Positions 54,895 to 64,000 of a stretch of 64,000 bases of DNA are shown here, one piece after another (positions within the stretch are counted from its first letter, which is position 1; every line of letters begins with the position of its first letter). The DNA comes from a virus, in the IMG/VR virus record IMGVR_UViG_3300031857_000029; one strand, written 5' to 3'. Made by a program: the position numbers and the translations under genes. The notes beneath the pieces were generated by a model that saw only the letters and a program-made list of their open reading frames with translations, was not told where the DNA came from and did no database searches.

Positions 54895-56081
54895 TGAAGT
54901 ATTCATCATTTTTTAATTTTGAACAATACCACCATCCTCACAAAAGACACGACCCACCTGGGTCAGAAGATGCAGATGTGAATAATGATGGTAAAGTTGA
55001 CAAAAATGACAAGTATATAATGGCAAAACGCCGGTTATACAGACAATATCAAGCAGCACAAAAAGATAAAAAAGCTACAGAATTTTCTACACCAAAGTTG
55101 GAGAACAACATGATTAGATTGTCAGCACTAGTGAATCTACAGGCATTAAAAGAAGAATCACACGAAGAACCAACACCAGCTCCAACTGTAGCTGTTGATA
55201 AAAAGTCACGGGTTGAAATGAAGCTTAAGAAGCTTAAAGAAATGCAAATGACCCCAGACCAAGAAAAGAAAGTTGATGAACTCTTGGCTCAATATGAAGA
55301 ATTGTCTGCTAAACAAAAACAACTTGATGTAGACAAAGACGGCAAGATTGAAGGTGATGATTTAGCAAAACTTCGTGCAGGTAAAACTGACGAAAAGTTA
55401 GATGCTGTCGGTCAAGAAGATGGTGATGTTGATAATGACGGAGATAAAGACTCATCTGATAAGTACTTACAAGCTCGTCGGGATACTATTGGTAAGGCAA
55501 TGAAGAGTGAAGGTAGTGGTGAAGACCACGAAGCATCTATGGCAAACTCTACTTTAGATTCAATTATCAAGCACGCAACCGAACTTAAGGGTAAGATTGG
55601 AATGGAAGAAAAGGACATTCCAGCATGGATTCAAGACCACATCGCAGTTGCTGAAAATAATCTTGACCAAGCAAATACCAGTTATCACGAATATGGCGAT
55701 GAAGAAATGACTGATAAGCCAGTTGACCAAGATATGGCAGCTATGGCAGAATCAGTTAACGAAGGTGCTCCCGAAGGATGGGAAAAGACCGTTAAAGCAA
55801 TGAAAAAACACAAGGAAATTGATAATCCTTGGGCACTTGCAAACTGGATGAAGAAGAAAGGATATAATCCAAAAAAAGAAGAAACCGAAGAAGCAGTAAC
55901 TATAAAACCACAAGGTGGGTTAGCAGCTGCTATCTCGGCATATAAAAATACACCAACACATAGTTCAAAGCAACATGTACAAGTGATGCCAGCACACAAA
56001 CCAGGTGACACTTGGAAGACTGACAGTGGTAAGACAGCAAAGAAAAATTCAGATGGAACTATTTCTTACACAGTAAATTAA
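54894..56081 (+). CDS. putative internal head protein with three DxDxDG loops
   Basis: DVNNDGKVD, DVDKDGKIE, DVDNDGDKD; possible internal start at 55110. Confidence 0.6.
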   Translation: MKYSSFFNFEQYHHPHKRHDPPGSEDADVNNDGKVDKNDKYIMAKRRLYRQYQAAQKDKKATEFSTPKLENNMIRLSALVNLQALKEESHEEPTPAPTVAVDKKSRVEMKLKKLKEMQMTPDQEKKVDELLAQYEELSAKQKQLDVDKDGKIEGDDLAKLRAGKTDEKLDAVGQEDGDVDNDGDKDSSDKYLQARRDTIGKAMKSEGSGEDHEASMANSTLDSIIKHATELKGKIGMEEKDIPAWIQDHIAVAENNLDQANTSYHEYGDEEMTDKPVDQDMAAMAESVNEGAPEGWEKTVKAMKKHKEIDNPWALANWMKKKGYNPKKEETEEAVTIKPQGGLAAAISAYKNTPTHSSKQHVQVMPAHKPGDTWKTDSGKTAKKNSDGTISYTVN

Positions 56082-56082
56082 T

Positions 56083-56439
56083 ATGGTAGCCAAATTTATT
56101 TCTCTTTTACTTTCTAGTAGACAACAAGCACACATCTTTCATCTTCAAACTTCTTCATATGCTGCACATAAGGCGTTACAAGAATATTATGAAGGAATCG
56201 TGGATTTAGTTGACGCTTATGTAGAAGCTTATCAAGGTCGATATGGTATTCTCAAAGGATATATGCCAACTAATACTATTTTAGAAGATGACTCAGTAGT
56301 TAGCTATTTTACAGGTCTTCAAAAGTTTGTAGACGAAACCCGTGGTCAACTTCCACAAGACGGTGAACTTAATAACACTGTTGATGAAATTGCCGCAGTA
56401 ATATCTAGTACGATTTATAAACTCAAATTCCTCAAATAA
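56083..56439 (+). CDS. ferritin/Dps-like four-helix protein
   Basis: AHIFHLQTSSYAAHKALQEYY...DAYVEAYQG...DEI...YKL. Confidence 0.75.
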   Translation: MVAKFISLLLSSRQQAHIFHLQTSSYAAHKALQEYYEGIVDLVDAYVEAYQGRYGILKGYMPTNTILEDDSVVSYFTGLQKFVDETRGQLPQDGELNNTVDEIAAVISSTIYKLKFLK

Positions 56440-56440
56440 T

Positions 56441-56743
56441 ATGAAATACAGAGATTTTTTTCCAGAAGGATATTCAGACGGTACTTCGTTTCCCCAAACC
56501 AAAGCAGATTTTGGTCAAGAAAAGCCAGAAGAAATGCCAGAAACCGACCCACAAGATTTAGCAGTTCGGTCGGCTCGTATCAGTGATATTCTCGAACGAA
56601 ATACCCCAACCAGTCCAGAAAAGTGGGCGAAGGCAAAGGCAGCAGCACGTTCGAAGTTCAAGGTTTATCCATCTGCTTACGCCAATCTCTGGGCAGCAAA
56701 GAAATATAAGAGTATGGGCGGTGGTTGGAAGAAGGGAAAGTAA
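56441..56743 (+). CDS. small basic phage protein
   Basis: KFKVYPSAYANLWAAKKYKSMGGGW. Confidence 0.7.
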   Translation: MKYRDFFPEGYSDGTSFPQTKADFGQEKPEEMPETDPQDLAVRSARISDILERNTPTSPEKWAKAKAAARSKFKVYPSAYANLWAAKKYKSMGGGWKKGK

Positions 56744-56898
56744 TGATTAAGTTAATGGACCTTATACCAGAAGAATGGACAAAAAAGTATAAGAAATCCA
56801 TTAATTGTAGTAATCCCAAAGGCTTTAGTCAAAAAGCCCATTGCGCTGGTCGCAGAAAGCGGAAGCGTGGTGGTACAACTAAATCAAAACCAGTATGA
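56743..56898 (+). CDS. small basic phage protein (51 aa)
   Basis: MIKLMDLIPEEWTKKYKKSINCSNPKGFSQKAHCAGRRKRK..; overlaps both neighbours' stop/start. Confidence 0.7.
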   Translation: MIKLMDLIPEEWTKKYKKSINCSNPKGFSQKAHCAGRRKRKRGGTTKSKPV

Positions 56899-57224
56899 CA
56901 CAATTCGCTGATATATTAGTTGAAGTATCAATCGACCTTGACGAAAAGTACAAGACTAAAGGTAGTCTTGGTAAGTGGCTTCGTCAAAAGTGGGTTGATA
57001 TTTCTCGTAAAGATAAAGACGGTAAGCATCCACCGTGTGGAGCTTCCGCTGGTAAAAAGGAACGAAAGGGCGGGTCATCAAAGTATCCAAAGTGTCGTCC
57101 AGCTCGTTCCGCAGCAGCAATGAGCAAAGGTGAAAAGCGGTCAGCAGTAGTTCGTAAGAGAAAAGCAGGTAATCCAGGTGGAAAACCAACAATGGTGTCC
57201 ACATTCAAGAAGGAAGAAGAATAA
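56895..57224 (+). CDS. small basic phage protein
   Basis: LGKWLRQKWVDI..PCG...YPKCRP. Confidence 0.7.
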   Translation: MTQFADILVEVSIDLDEKYKTKGSLGKWLRQKWVDISRKDKDGKHPPCGASAGKKERKGGSSKYPKCRPARSAAAMSKGEKRSAVVRKRKAGNPGGKPTMVSTFKKEEE

Positions 57225-57640
57225 TGGAAAACTTAACTGAAGCTTGTTGGGAAGGATATAAGCAAGTAGGGATGAAAGACAAAAGTGGTAAAATGGTCCC
57301 AAATTGCGTTCCTATCAACGAAGAAGATATCATTGAAGAATATTGTCCACGTTGTTTGGCAACTGAAATAGTACGGGCAGCAACTCAACCATTAGAAGAA
57401 GCCGAATATCACGGTCGTAAAGTTTCTCTTGGAAAACCAATGCGTGGGGACGTAAAAAAGTTCAAGGTGTTTGTCAAAGACCCAAGTACCGGAAACGTCA
57501 AGAAGGTTAACTTCGGTGACAAGACGATGCGAATCAAGAAGTCCAATCCCGCTCGCCGTAAGTCATTTAGAGCAAGACACAACTGCGATACCCCAGGCCC
57601 ACGGACAAAGGCAAGATACTGGTCGTGTCGGAAGTGGTAA
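57224..57640 (+). CDS. small basic phage protein
   Basis: ACWEGY...VPNCV; VKKVNFGD...RRKSFRARHNC...ARYWSC. Confidence 0.7.
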   Translation: MENLTEACWEGYKQVGMKDKSGKMVPNCVPINEEDIIEEYCPRCLATEIVRAATQPLEEAEYHGRKVSLGKPMRGDVKKFKVFVKDPSTGNVKKVNFGDKTMRIKKSNPARRKSFRARHNCDTPGPRTKARYWSCRKW

Positions 57641-57641
57641 T

Positions 57642-57851
57642 ATGAAAGTCTCCAGAAAGATATCTGACGCTATATTAAAGAAAATGAAGTATACATTCAA
57701 TCCAGAAGAATTTCATATGGGAATGAATGTAGAGATGGAACATCAAGATGTGACTAATGGAAATGTGGTCAAAACAGCAAAAATAGCTGCCGCCCACTTG
57801 ACAGAGAACCCAAAATATTATACATTACTTAAGAAGTATGTGGAGAAATAA
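57642..57851 (+). CDS. small phage protein (DUF5661-like)
   Basis: GMNVEMEH...AKIAAAHLTENPKYYTLL. Confidence 0.65.
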   Translation: MKVSRKISDAILKKMKYTFNPEEFHMGMNVEMEHQDVTNGNVVKTAKIAAAHLTENPKYYTLLKKYVEK

Positions 57852-57852
57852 A

Positions 57853-58191
57853 ATGGCATTATTAAAAGATTTACTCAGCGAAGTTACCAGTCAAGTTCCA
57901 CGTAGAGTTCAATTGATGCGTGTAGAAGCGGTATTAGAAAACATCGCACCACAACTTAAGGAAGCTGACCAAAAGAAGCTTGCAGAAGTGTATATTGAAT
58001 TAAAGCAATTAGCAGAAATGCTAAACGAAACTCCATATACTATCTTTAACGCAAACCAATGGGGTTTACTGGAAATGGTATTAAAGGGTAAAGTAGCGGA
58101 ATTCAAGTTACTCGCAGAAGATATTGCAGAAGATAATAAAGATGTCGATGTCTGGCCATTGGCAACAGCACTCGACACCGTTCTCATTTAA
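57853..58191 (+). CDS. hypothetical protein
   Basis: GGAG RBS; MALLKDLLSE. Confidence 0.7.
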   Translation: MALLKDLLSEVTSQVPRRVQLMRVEAVLENIAPQLKEADQKKLAEVYIELKQLAEMLNETPYTIFNANQWGLLEMVLKGKVAEFKLLAEDIAEDNKDVDVWPLATALDTVLI

Positions 58192-58201
58192 GTGAGGGGT
58201 T

Positions 58202-60088
58202 ATGGCAGATACTAGTATTTACGGCCGCCTACGGAAACTGTTCGCAACAAATACAGTTGTCCGAAATGTAGGTGGAAAGAAGTTAAAAGTCGCTGATACC
58301 GACAATATCCAGTCGTTTATTAATAGACGGGGCATTGACCGATATCATCGAGTTTATTCGTCTATGACAGGTGGATATGGTGCTTCGGGTGGTCGTTATG
58401 AATCCGCAGCAGCATTCCAAGGGTCACGTTTACAATTGTTCCGTGATTATGATATGATGGATAATGACCCAATCATTTCATCAGTAATGGACATCTACGC
58501 TGACGAATCAACCGTAAAGGACGAATTCGGTCAAGTACTTAGTATCCGCTCAAAAAATCAACAAATCCAAGATATTCTCCATAACTTATTCTATGACGTA
58601 TTGAACGTTGAGTTCAATCTCTGGCCTTGGGTCAGAAATATGGCTAAGTATGGGGACTTTTTCTTATTCCTAGATATTGATGAAAAGTATGGTGTCGTAA
58701 ACGTCATTCCTCTTTCTGTGTACGAAACCATCCGTATTGAAGGCCAAGACCCAGGCAATCCATTCTCTGTTAAGTTCAAAGTAGAAAATGATTTCTTGGC
58801 ACTTGGTAAAAAAGAATTTGACAATTACGAAGTTGCACATTTCCGACTACTTTCAGATACTAACTTCCTTCCATATGGTAAGGCAATGGTTGAAGGTGGT
58901 CGTCGTGTGTGGAAGCAATTGCAATTGATGGAAGATGCGATGTTGATTCATCGTATCATGCGTGCACCAGATAAGCGTAAGGTGTTGGTTGATGTTGGAA
59001 ACATTCCACCAGCAGAAATCGATACACATATGCAACGTATCATCGACCGTATGAAGAAGGTACCACTCGTTGACCCAAAGACTGGTGATTACAATCTTCG
59101 TTACAATATGATGAACATTACAGAAGATTTCTATCTTCCTGTTCGTGGTAAGGATTCTGGTACAGATATTACGAATCTTCCAGGCCTTCAATTCAATGCT
59201 ATCGAAGATATTGAATACCTTCGTAACAAGTTAATGGCAGCATTCAAGGTACCAAAGTCATTCCTTGGATACGAAGAAGATAATAGTGGTAAAGCATCAT
59301 TGGCAGCACAAGACGTTCGTTTCGCACGAACCATTGAACGTATTCAACGCATTATGGTGTCAGAACTTACCAAAATTGCAATCATTCACTTATACGTTCA
59401 AGGATTCACCGACGAAGACCTTATCGACTTTGAATTAGAAATGACTTCACCATCGGTCATTTACGAACAAGAAAAGTTGAATCTTTGGAAGGAAAAGGTT
59501 GGATTGGCTAAGGATATTGCAGATAGTAAGTTCTTATCACGTGACTGGATTTACCATAACATTCTTCAAATTGCAGAAGATGATGCACGGTCAGAACAAG
59601 AAAAGATAGTGAAGGATGTGGAATGGGTTGGTAAGGCAGAAGCAGTACAACAACAAGCCGCACAACCACAACAACCGCCAATGGGCCCAGAGGGACAACC
59701 TGCTGAACCAGAAGCTGGAGAAGAACAGCCAGCGGAAGAACCAGAAAAATTAGATACCGTAGACGCGGTGTTAGCCTCATTAGAAGACATGCCAGAAGAA
59801 GAGGAAGTTGTAGATGATACAGAATTGGAAGAAGCCAAAATGGGTCGTCCTAAGACTGGTATGCAATTTGGCCAAGATAGTCACCCACGCGGTCGCGACC
59901 CATTAGGTCATAAAGAAAATCTTGGCGCACTAAGAGTAGGGCAACAACGTAAACCATCTAGAAAATCCCCACTTTCGTTAGAAAATCACGAAGTTTCTAA
60001 CTTAATTAAACAATTAAACGCCCATAAAATCGCACCAGAAACCTCTAGTATCTTAAACGAAGAAAATATCTTAGACATAGAAAACTAA
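58202..60088 (+). CDS. portal protein (gp20-like)
   Basis: QLQLMEDAMLIHRIMRAP, DVGNIP, EDFYLPVRG, LPG, DIEYLRNKL...VPKS. Confidence 0.95.
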   Translation: MADTSIYGRLRKLFATNTVVRNVGGKKLKVADTDNIQSFINRRGIDRYHRVYSSMTGGYGASGGRYESAAAFQGSRLQLFRDYDMMDNDPIISSVMDIYADESTVKDEFGQVLSIRSKNQQIQDILHNLFYDVLNVEFNLWPWVRNMAKYGDFFLFLDIDEKYGVVNVIPLSVYETIRIEGQDPGNPFSVKFKVENDFLALGKKEFDNYEVAHFRLLSDTNFLPYGKAMVEGGRRVWKQLQLMEDAMLIHRIMRAPDKRKVLVDVGNIPPAEIDTHMQRIIDRMKKVPLVDPKTGDYNLRYNMMNITEDFYLPVRGKDSGTDITNLPGLQFNAIEDIEYLRNKLMAAFKVPKSFLGYEEDNSGKASLAAQDVRFARTIERIQRIMVSELTKIAIIHLYVQGFTDEDLIDFELEMTSPSVIYEQEKLNLWKEKVGLAKDIADSKFLSRDWIYHNILQIAEDDARSEQEKIVKDVEWVGKAEAVQQQAAQPQQPPMGPEGQPAEPEAGEEQPAEEPEKLDTVDAVLASLEDMPEEEEVVDDTELEEAKMGRPKTGMQFGQDSHPRGRDPLGHKENLGALRVGQQRKPSRKSPLSLENHEVSNLIKQLNAHKIAPETSSILNEENILDIEN

Positions 60089-60099
60089 CGAAGTGGGAA

Positions 60100-60125
60100 T
60101 TATCATACTATTTAATATATGATAA
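60100..60125 (+). promoter_or_regulatory. hairpin with putative late-promoter motif
   Basis: TTATCATA-CTATTTAATA-TATGATAA. Confidence 0.5.
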
Positions 60126-60156
60126 GGTATTTATTCACTTATGGCGGATTATTTTT

Positions 60157-61029
60157 ATGAAATCAAGTATTAAGCATAATAAGTTGAGAAACACCGGCAT
60201 CCTCTTTGAATTGTTAGTCCGTCAAATCACATCTGATGTGATGGAAAACAAGAAAGATGGGGCAGCTGTTAAGTTAATGCGTGAATTCTTTAATTCCAAA
60301 AAGGAATTGGGGAAGGAACTTATGTTATACCGTGCATTTTTCAATGTTCAGAATCTATCTGAGCAAAAGGCATTCCAATTGTTGAAGTTGGTTACCGAAC
60401 AACGGAAGAATCTCGACCAACATGCATTAGACACTCAAAAATACCTTTTAATTAAAGAAATTAAAAAGAACTTTGACTTGAAGGAATTCTTTGCAGCACG
60501 TATTCCATCGTATAAGATTTACGCATCAATCTACAAGAGTTTTGATGCAGCAACTAACGGAATCAGTGATACGACTACAATTGAAGAGTTGGCAAACAGT
60601 CAATTCACTATCGTAGAACATCTTTCTGGTAAGATTCTTACAAAAGAAATTAAAGAACATAATGAATTGGCATCTATCGTTCGTAGTCAAGATGATGATA
60701 TCCGTTTCCTTTCTTATAAGATTTTAGTTGAACGTTTTAATGAAAAGTATAAGGGATTAGACGAAGCACAAAAGAAATTATTACAAGAATATATCTATAA
60801 CATTTCTAATACATCTAAACTAAAGACATATACCCAAGGTGAAAGTCGTAGATTAGCAAAGGAAATCGCACAATACAGTAAGAAAGTATCGGACAAAGTT
60901 GTTCGCATTAAGTTATCGGAAGTTGTATCCCAACTTCAAAAGGTACAAATTGCTGTTGTGATTAAGGAAAATCACATGACTGCGATGTTGATTGGATATG
61001 AAATTCTTAAGGAGCTTAAGTCATTATGA
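60157..61029 (+). CDS. hypothetical head-module protein
   Basis: KHNKLRNTGILFELLVRQ; between portal and protease. Confidence 0.7.
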   Translation: MKSSIKHNKLRNTGILFELLVRQITSDVMENKKDGAAVKLMREFFNSKKELGKELMLYRAFFNVQNLSEQKAFQLLKLVTEQRKNLDQHALDTQKYLLIKEIKKNFDLKEFFAARIPSYKIYASIYKSFDAATNGISDTTTIEELANSQFTIVEHLSGKILTKEIKEHNELASIVRSQDDDIRFLSYKILVERFNEKYKGLDEAQKKLLQEYIYNISNTSKLKTYTQGESRRLAKEIAQYSKKVSDKVVRIKLSEVVSQLQKVQIAVVIKENHMTAMLIGYEILKELKSL

Positions 61030-61514
61030 CAAACGAAGAAAAACTCCGCACTATCATCCGTAAAATGTTACAAGAAGAACTAGACGAAATGACAACCACA
61101 GCAAATGTTGCTGGGTATAATATTCCTATGGCATTTCAAGGAAATAATCCTAAGAATAAGGCACGTAAGAAGGGTATTGCAACACAATTAGGAATGCAAT
61201 TAACTCCTAAAGGTGAAAAAGATTTAAACCGACCAGCAGATAAACTAGAAACCCTTGCAGAAGCAAAGGTAAGATATCACGAATATAAGAAAGATGAAAG
61301 TGCAACTCCAACACAAAAGATTGCCAAGGCCATTTCAGAAGTCAATCGTAGTCTTGAAGAAATGGAAAGAGTGTTAAAGATGAATACTCGTTTACAAAAG
61401 GAATCTGGAATTGCTAGTGAAGCACTTTATCGCCGTACTCAACAAGGACTTTTAAAACTAGAAGCACGGTTACTTCACCTCGCCGGTAAAGTACGGGACA
61501 TCAGAGGAAAGTAA
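61026..61514 (+). CDS. putative head-associated protein
   Basis: EELDEMTTTANVAGYNIPMAF. Confidence 0.65.
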   Translation: MTNEEKLRTIIRKMLQEELDEMTTTANVAGYNIPMAFQGNNPKNKARKKGIATQLGMQLTPKGEKDLNRPADKLETLAEAKVRYHEYKKDESATPTQKIAKAISEVNRSLEEMERVLKMNTRLQKESGIASEALYRRTQQGLLKLEARLLHLAGKVRDIRGK

Positions 61515-61515
61515 T

Positions 61516-62103
61516 ATGAAGAACTTATTAGTTGAATATAATGTCATTGAATATGGAAAGGATTTATTAGCTGAAGCGGCTGATGTTAGTAAGCCATTAA
61601 TGTTAAAGAATGTCCTTCTCCAACGTGCTGAAGCAAAAAATCAAAACGGACGTATTTACCCACGTGAAGTATTACAACGTGAAGCTGGATTGTATAAAGA
61701 AAACTTTGTAGTCCAACGCCGTGCACTTGGGGAATTAGACCATCCAGAAAGTCCAGTAGTTAATCTTAAAAATGTATGCTGCAATGTGACTGAACTATGG
61801 TTTGAAGGCCAAGATGTTCGTGGAAATATTGAAATTCTTTCCACTCCATCAGGTAACATTGTCCGTGAACTCATCAAGAATAACATTCGTCTTGGTGTAT
61901 CTTCTCGCGGAATGGGTTCAGTAAGTCCAATCGGTGAAAATACCGTAGAAGTTGGTGATGACTTCGCACTTATCTGTTTTGATATCGTCAGTAACCCAAG
62001 TACCCACGGTGCATTCATCAACGAAAGTAAGAAGGCACAAATCGTTACTCAATACTCACGTATCGACTCTCTTGTATACGATTTCCTCAGTGAAGTAAAA
62101 TGA
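61516..62103 (+). CDS. prohead core protease (gp21-like)
   Basis: NQNGRIYP, ALGELDHP, GVSSRGMGS, FDIVSNPST. Confidence 0.93.
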   Translation: MKNLLVEYNVIEYGKDLLAEAADVSKPLMLKNVLLQRAEAKNQNGRIYPREVLQREAGLYKENFVVQRRALGELDHPESPVVNLKNVCCNVTELWFEGQDVRGNIEILSTPSGNIVRELIKNNIRLGVSSRGMGSVSPIGENTVEVGDDFALICFDIVSNPSTHGAFINESKKAQIVTQYSRIDSLVYDFLSEVK

Positions 62104-62663
62104 AACTAGCGAAGGAATTTGTTAAGTTTACCATTAAAGAATTGGGATTAAAATCATTACCTAAGAGCATTAAGTTCGAAGGTGATGATTATTCTGCGCA
62201 ACATTTAACATTTGGAACTTACAATCCTTCTACTGATGAAATCGTTGTAGTCAAGGGGCAACGTCATCCTATCGATGTATTACGTACGTTAGCTCACGAA
62301 TTGGTGCATCACAAACAACGTGAAGATGGACAAGAATTGAATGGCGAAGATGGGTCAAATACAGAAAACGAAGCAAATGCAAAAGCTGGCGAATTGATGA
62401 GAAAATTCAGAACCGTTCGTCCAGAAATATTTAATGTTGGTCCTTGGGGATTTCATACCAATATGGAAAATAAGATTCAATCTATCCTAAGTGCAGCAAA
62501 AACTGGTAAACCAGCAAAGATTGATGAAACCTACGTAGACCAATATACTGCCAAGTTATTAATTACAGTGGCACACAATCTATCCCCAAAGAATAGAACA
62601 GAGTTTTACAACGAATCCATCGATAAGATGGTAGAATTAGCATATAAATTAGTTACTCGGTAA
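62100..62663 (+). CDS. HExxH metallopeptidase-like protein
   Basis: LRTLAHELVHHKQ...ENEANA.AG. Confidence 0.7.
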   Translation: MKLAKEFVKFTIKELGLKSLPKSIKFEGDDYSAQHLTFGTYNPSTDEIVVVKGQRHPIDVLRTLAHELVHHKQREDGQELNGEDGSNTENEANAKAGELMRKFRTVRPEIFNVGPWGFHTNMENKIQSILSAAKTGKPAKIDETYVDQYTAKLLITVAHNLSPKNRTEFYNESIDKMVELAYKLVTR

Positions 62664-62675
62664 CCCGGAGGTAGT

Positions 62676-62894
62676 ATGTACGTTGAAGTAAAAGGTGATA
62701 AACAATCTGATTTAGAACGAGCACTCCAACAGTTCGTTAAGCAAGTCAAAAAAGCAGAATTGATGGAAGATTTAAAGAAGAAAGAATTCTATTTGAAGAA
62801 GTCCAAGAGACTCCAAAAGAAGAGCCAAGACGCCCTCCGCAGAAGAAAGCGTGAAGAGAGTAAGGCGCAGAAGAAGAACAATAATACATTTTAA
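62676..62894 (+). CDS. rpsU: ribosomal protein bS21
   Basis: VEV...LERALQQF.KQVKKA..MEDLKKKEFYLKKS..KK...A.RRR; GGAGG RBS. Confidence 0.85.
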   Translation: MYVEVKGDKQSDLERALQQFVKQVKKAELMEDLKKKEFYLKKSKRLQKKSQDALRRRKREESKAQKKNNNTF

Positions 62895-63026
62895 CTAAAA
62901 ATTGATGTTTTACAAAAAACAGTAATATATATTTAATAGTACACCTCATTTGGGGTGTGATTTTGTTGTATATAATCTGTTAATGACTCATAATAGTCAT
63001 TTTAATTCTCATAGGAGAGAAACTTT

Positions 63027-64000
63027 ATGGCAGAGTTCGAATTTACGAACAAGCTTTTAAAGGAAGCAATCGCAGATGCAGAAGCAGTTCGTCAAACTGC
63101 TATTGAAAACGCAAAGCTTTCATTAGAAGAAACGTTCACACCCCAAATCAAGTCTATGTTATCACGTAGACTCCGTGCAGAAGCAGAAGGCATGGAACAC
63201 GATGCAGAAGAAAAGGATGTAGAAACAAAGGAAGCACCAGAAGCAGAAAAGGAAGCACCAAAGGCAGCTCCAGTTGCTTCAGCAGAACCAAAGATGGAAA
63301 CCGCAAAGGAACTTCCATTCCAAGACGGTGAAGCAGAAGGTTCATCAGAAATGCCAGCAGACTCATCAGACATCGGTGCAGGTGACAATAAGGAACCATC
63401 CGATGCATCATTCGATTCAGCAGATGACGACATGAGTGGTGAAGATGCAGGTGAAAGTGATACCGATTGGTATGACGATTGGTCAGATGCAGATTTCGAC
63501 CTTGACGAAGTAATCAAGGAACTTGAAGCAGACCTCAAGGAAGTCTCACATGACGAAGAAGAAAAGGAAGAAATGAAGGAAGAAGTAGAAGGCGAAGAAC
63601 ACGAAGAAGAAAAGGAAGACGAGAAGGAAGAAGAAATGGCAGATGAAGCATACCCAGCAGAAAATCCAGAAGCTGGTGTTGCAAAGCCAGAAATTCCAGC
63701 TAAGTCTTCAGATATCGGAACAGAAGCTGCACACACCGCAGCAGATGTAAATACTTTCGTAACTGAACCATCAGATGTAAATAAGATGGAAGGTGAAGAA
63801 ATGGGAATGGAAAAAGGTCACGAAGAAGAAGGCGAAGAAGAACTTGATTTAGAAGCAATTCTCGCAGAATTGGAAGCCGAAGATGAAAAGCATAAGGCAT
63901 CATCCGAAAAAATGGCAACCCTAGAGAAAGAACTTGCAGAATATCGTCAGGCTGTAAAGCTCCTACGAGGCAAGCTACACGAAGTCAATCTTCTCAATGC
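63027..64000 (+). CDS. prohead scaffolding/core protein (3'-truncated)
   Basis: AGGAG RBS; LLKEAIADAEAVRQTAIENAKLSLEETF, very acidic, DLDEVIKELE/DLEAILAELE repeats; open to window end. Confidence 0.8.
   Translation, partial: MAEFEFTNKLLKEAIADAEAVRQTAIENAKLSLEETFTPQIKSMLSRRLRAEAEGMEHDAEEKDVETKEAPEAEKEAPKAAPVASAEPKMETAKELPFQDGEAEGSSEMPADSSDIGAGDNKEPSDASFDSADDDMSGEDAGESDTDWYDDWSDADFDLDEVIKELEADLKEVSHDEEEKEEMKEEVEGEEHEEEKEDEKEEEMADEAYPAENPEAGVAKPEIPAKSSDIGTEAAHTAADVNTFVTEPSDVNKMEGEEMGMEKGHEEEGEEELDLEAILAELEAEDEKHKASSEKMATLEKELAEYRQAVKLLRGKLHEVNLLN

Noticed and set aside
52554-60088. Inteins or introns in terminase or portal
   Set aside because: Both have normal length and contiguous motifs.

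Overview
This window is a 64-kb segment of a large T4-like (contractile-tailed) bacteriophage genome, with essentially all real genes on the + strand and the standard genetic code. From 1 to 4.6 kb is a tRNA array interspersed with small genes (PspC, FeoA, a sulfotransferase-like protein, a T4 DsbA-like protein) and a candidate structured ncRNA. From 4.7 to 13.8 kb is an operon of exported and membrane proteins: two CsgG-like paralogs, a cohesin/dockerin protein, a T9SS-sorting-domain-like lipoprotein, small TM proteins, a secreted nuclease, a linker plus beta-barrel protein and a lipase, followed by GH19 and amidase lysins. From 13.8 to 26 kb are purA, a nucleotide-sugar dehydrogenase, a second tRNA array with a non-canonical tRNA-Gly-like RNA, tmRNA, HNH, HD, Hsp20, UvsE, GT2, IMPDH/GMPR and a gp55-like late sigma factor. 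From 26 to 48 kb are baseplate/tail genes, a resolvase, primase and a fused SbcD-SbcC. From 48 to 64 kb is the head module: a ligase-like/nucleotidyltransferase multidomain protein, terminase, small putative internal head proteins, portal, prohead protease, bS21 and a truncated scaffold. The best candidate for a novel system is the phage-encoded envelope/surface-assembly operon at 4.7-12.6 kb. Other highlights are unusual tRNAs (Ser-ACT, Ile-TAT, Gly-like with a UGC T-loop), two structured ncRNA candidates, putative late-promoter motifs in hairpin loops, a capsid-targeting-like N-terminal motif and a Cys-rich micro-ORF. All family calls come from motif recognition by eye, not database searches.
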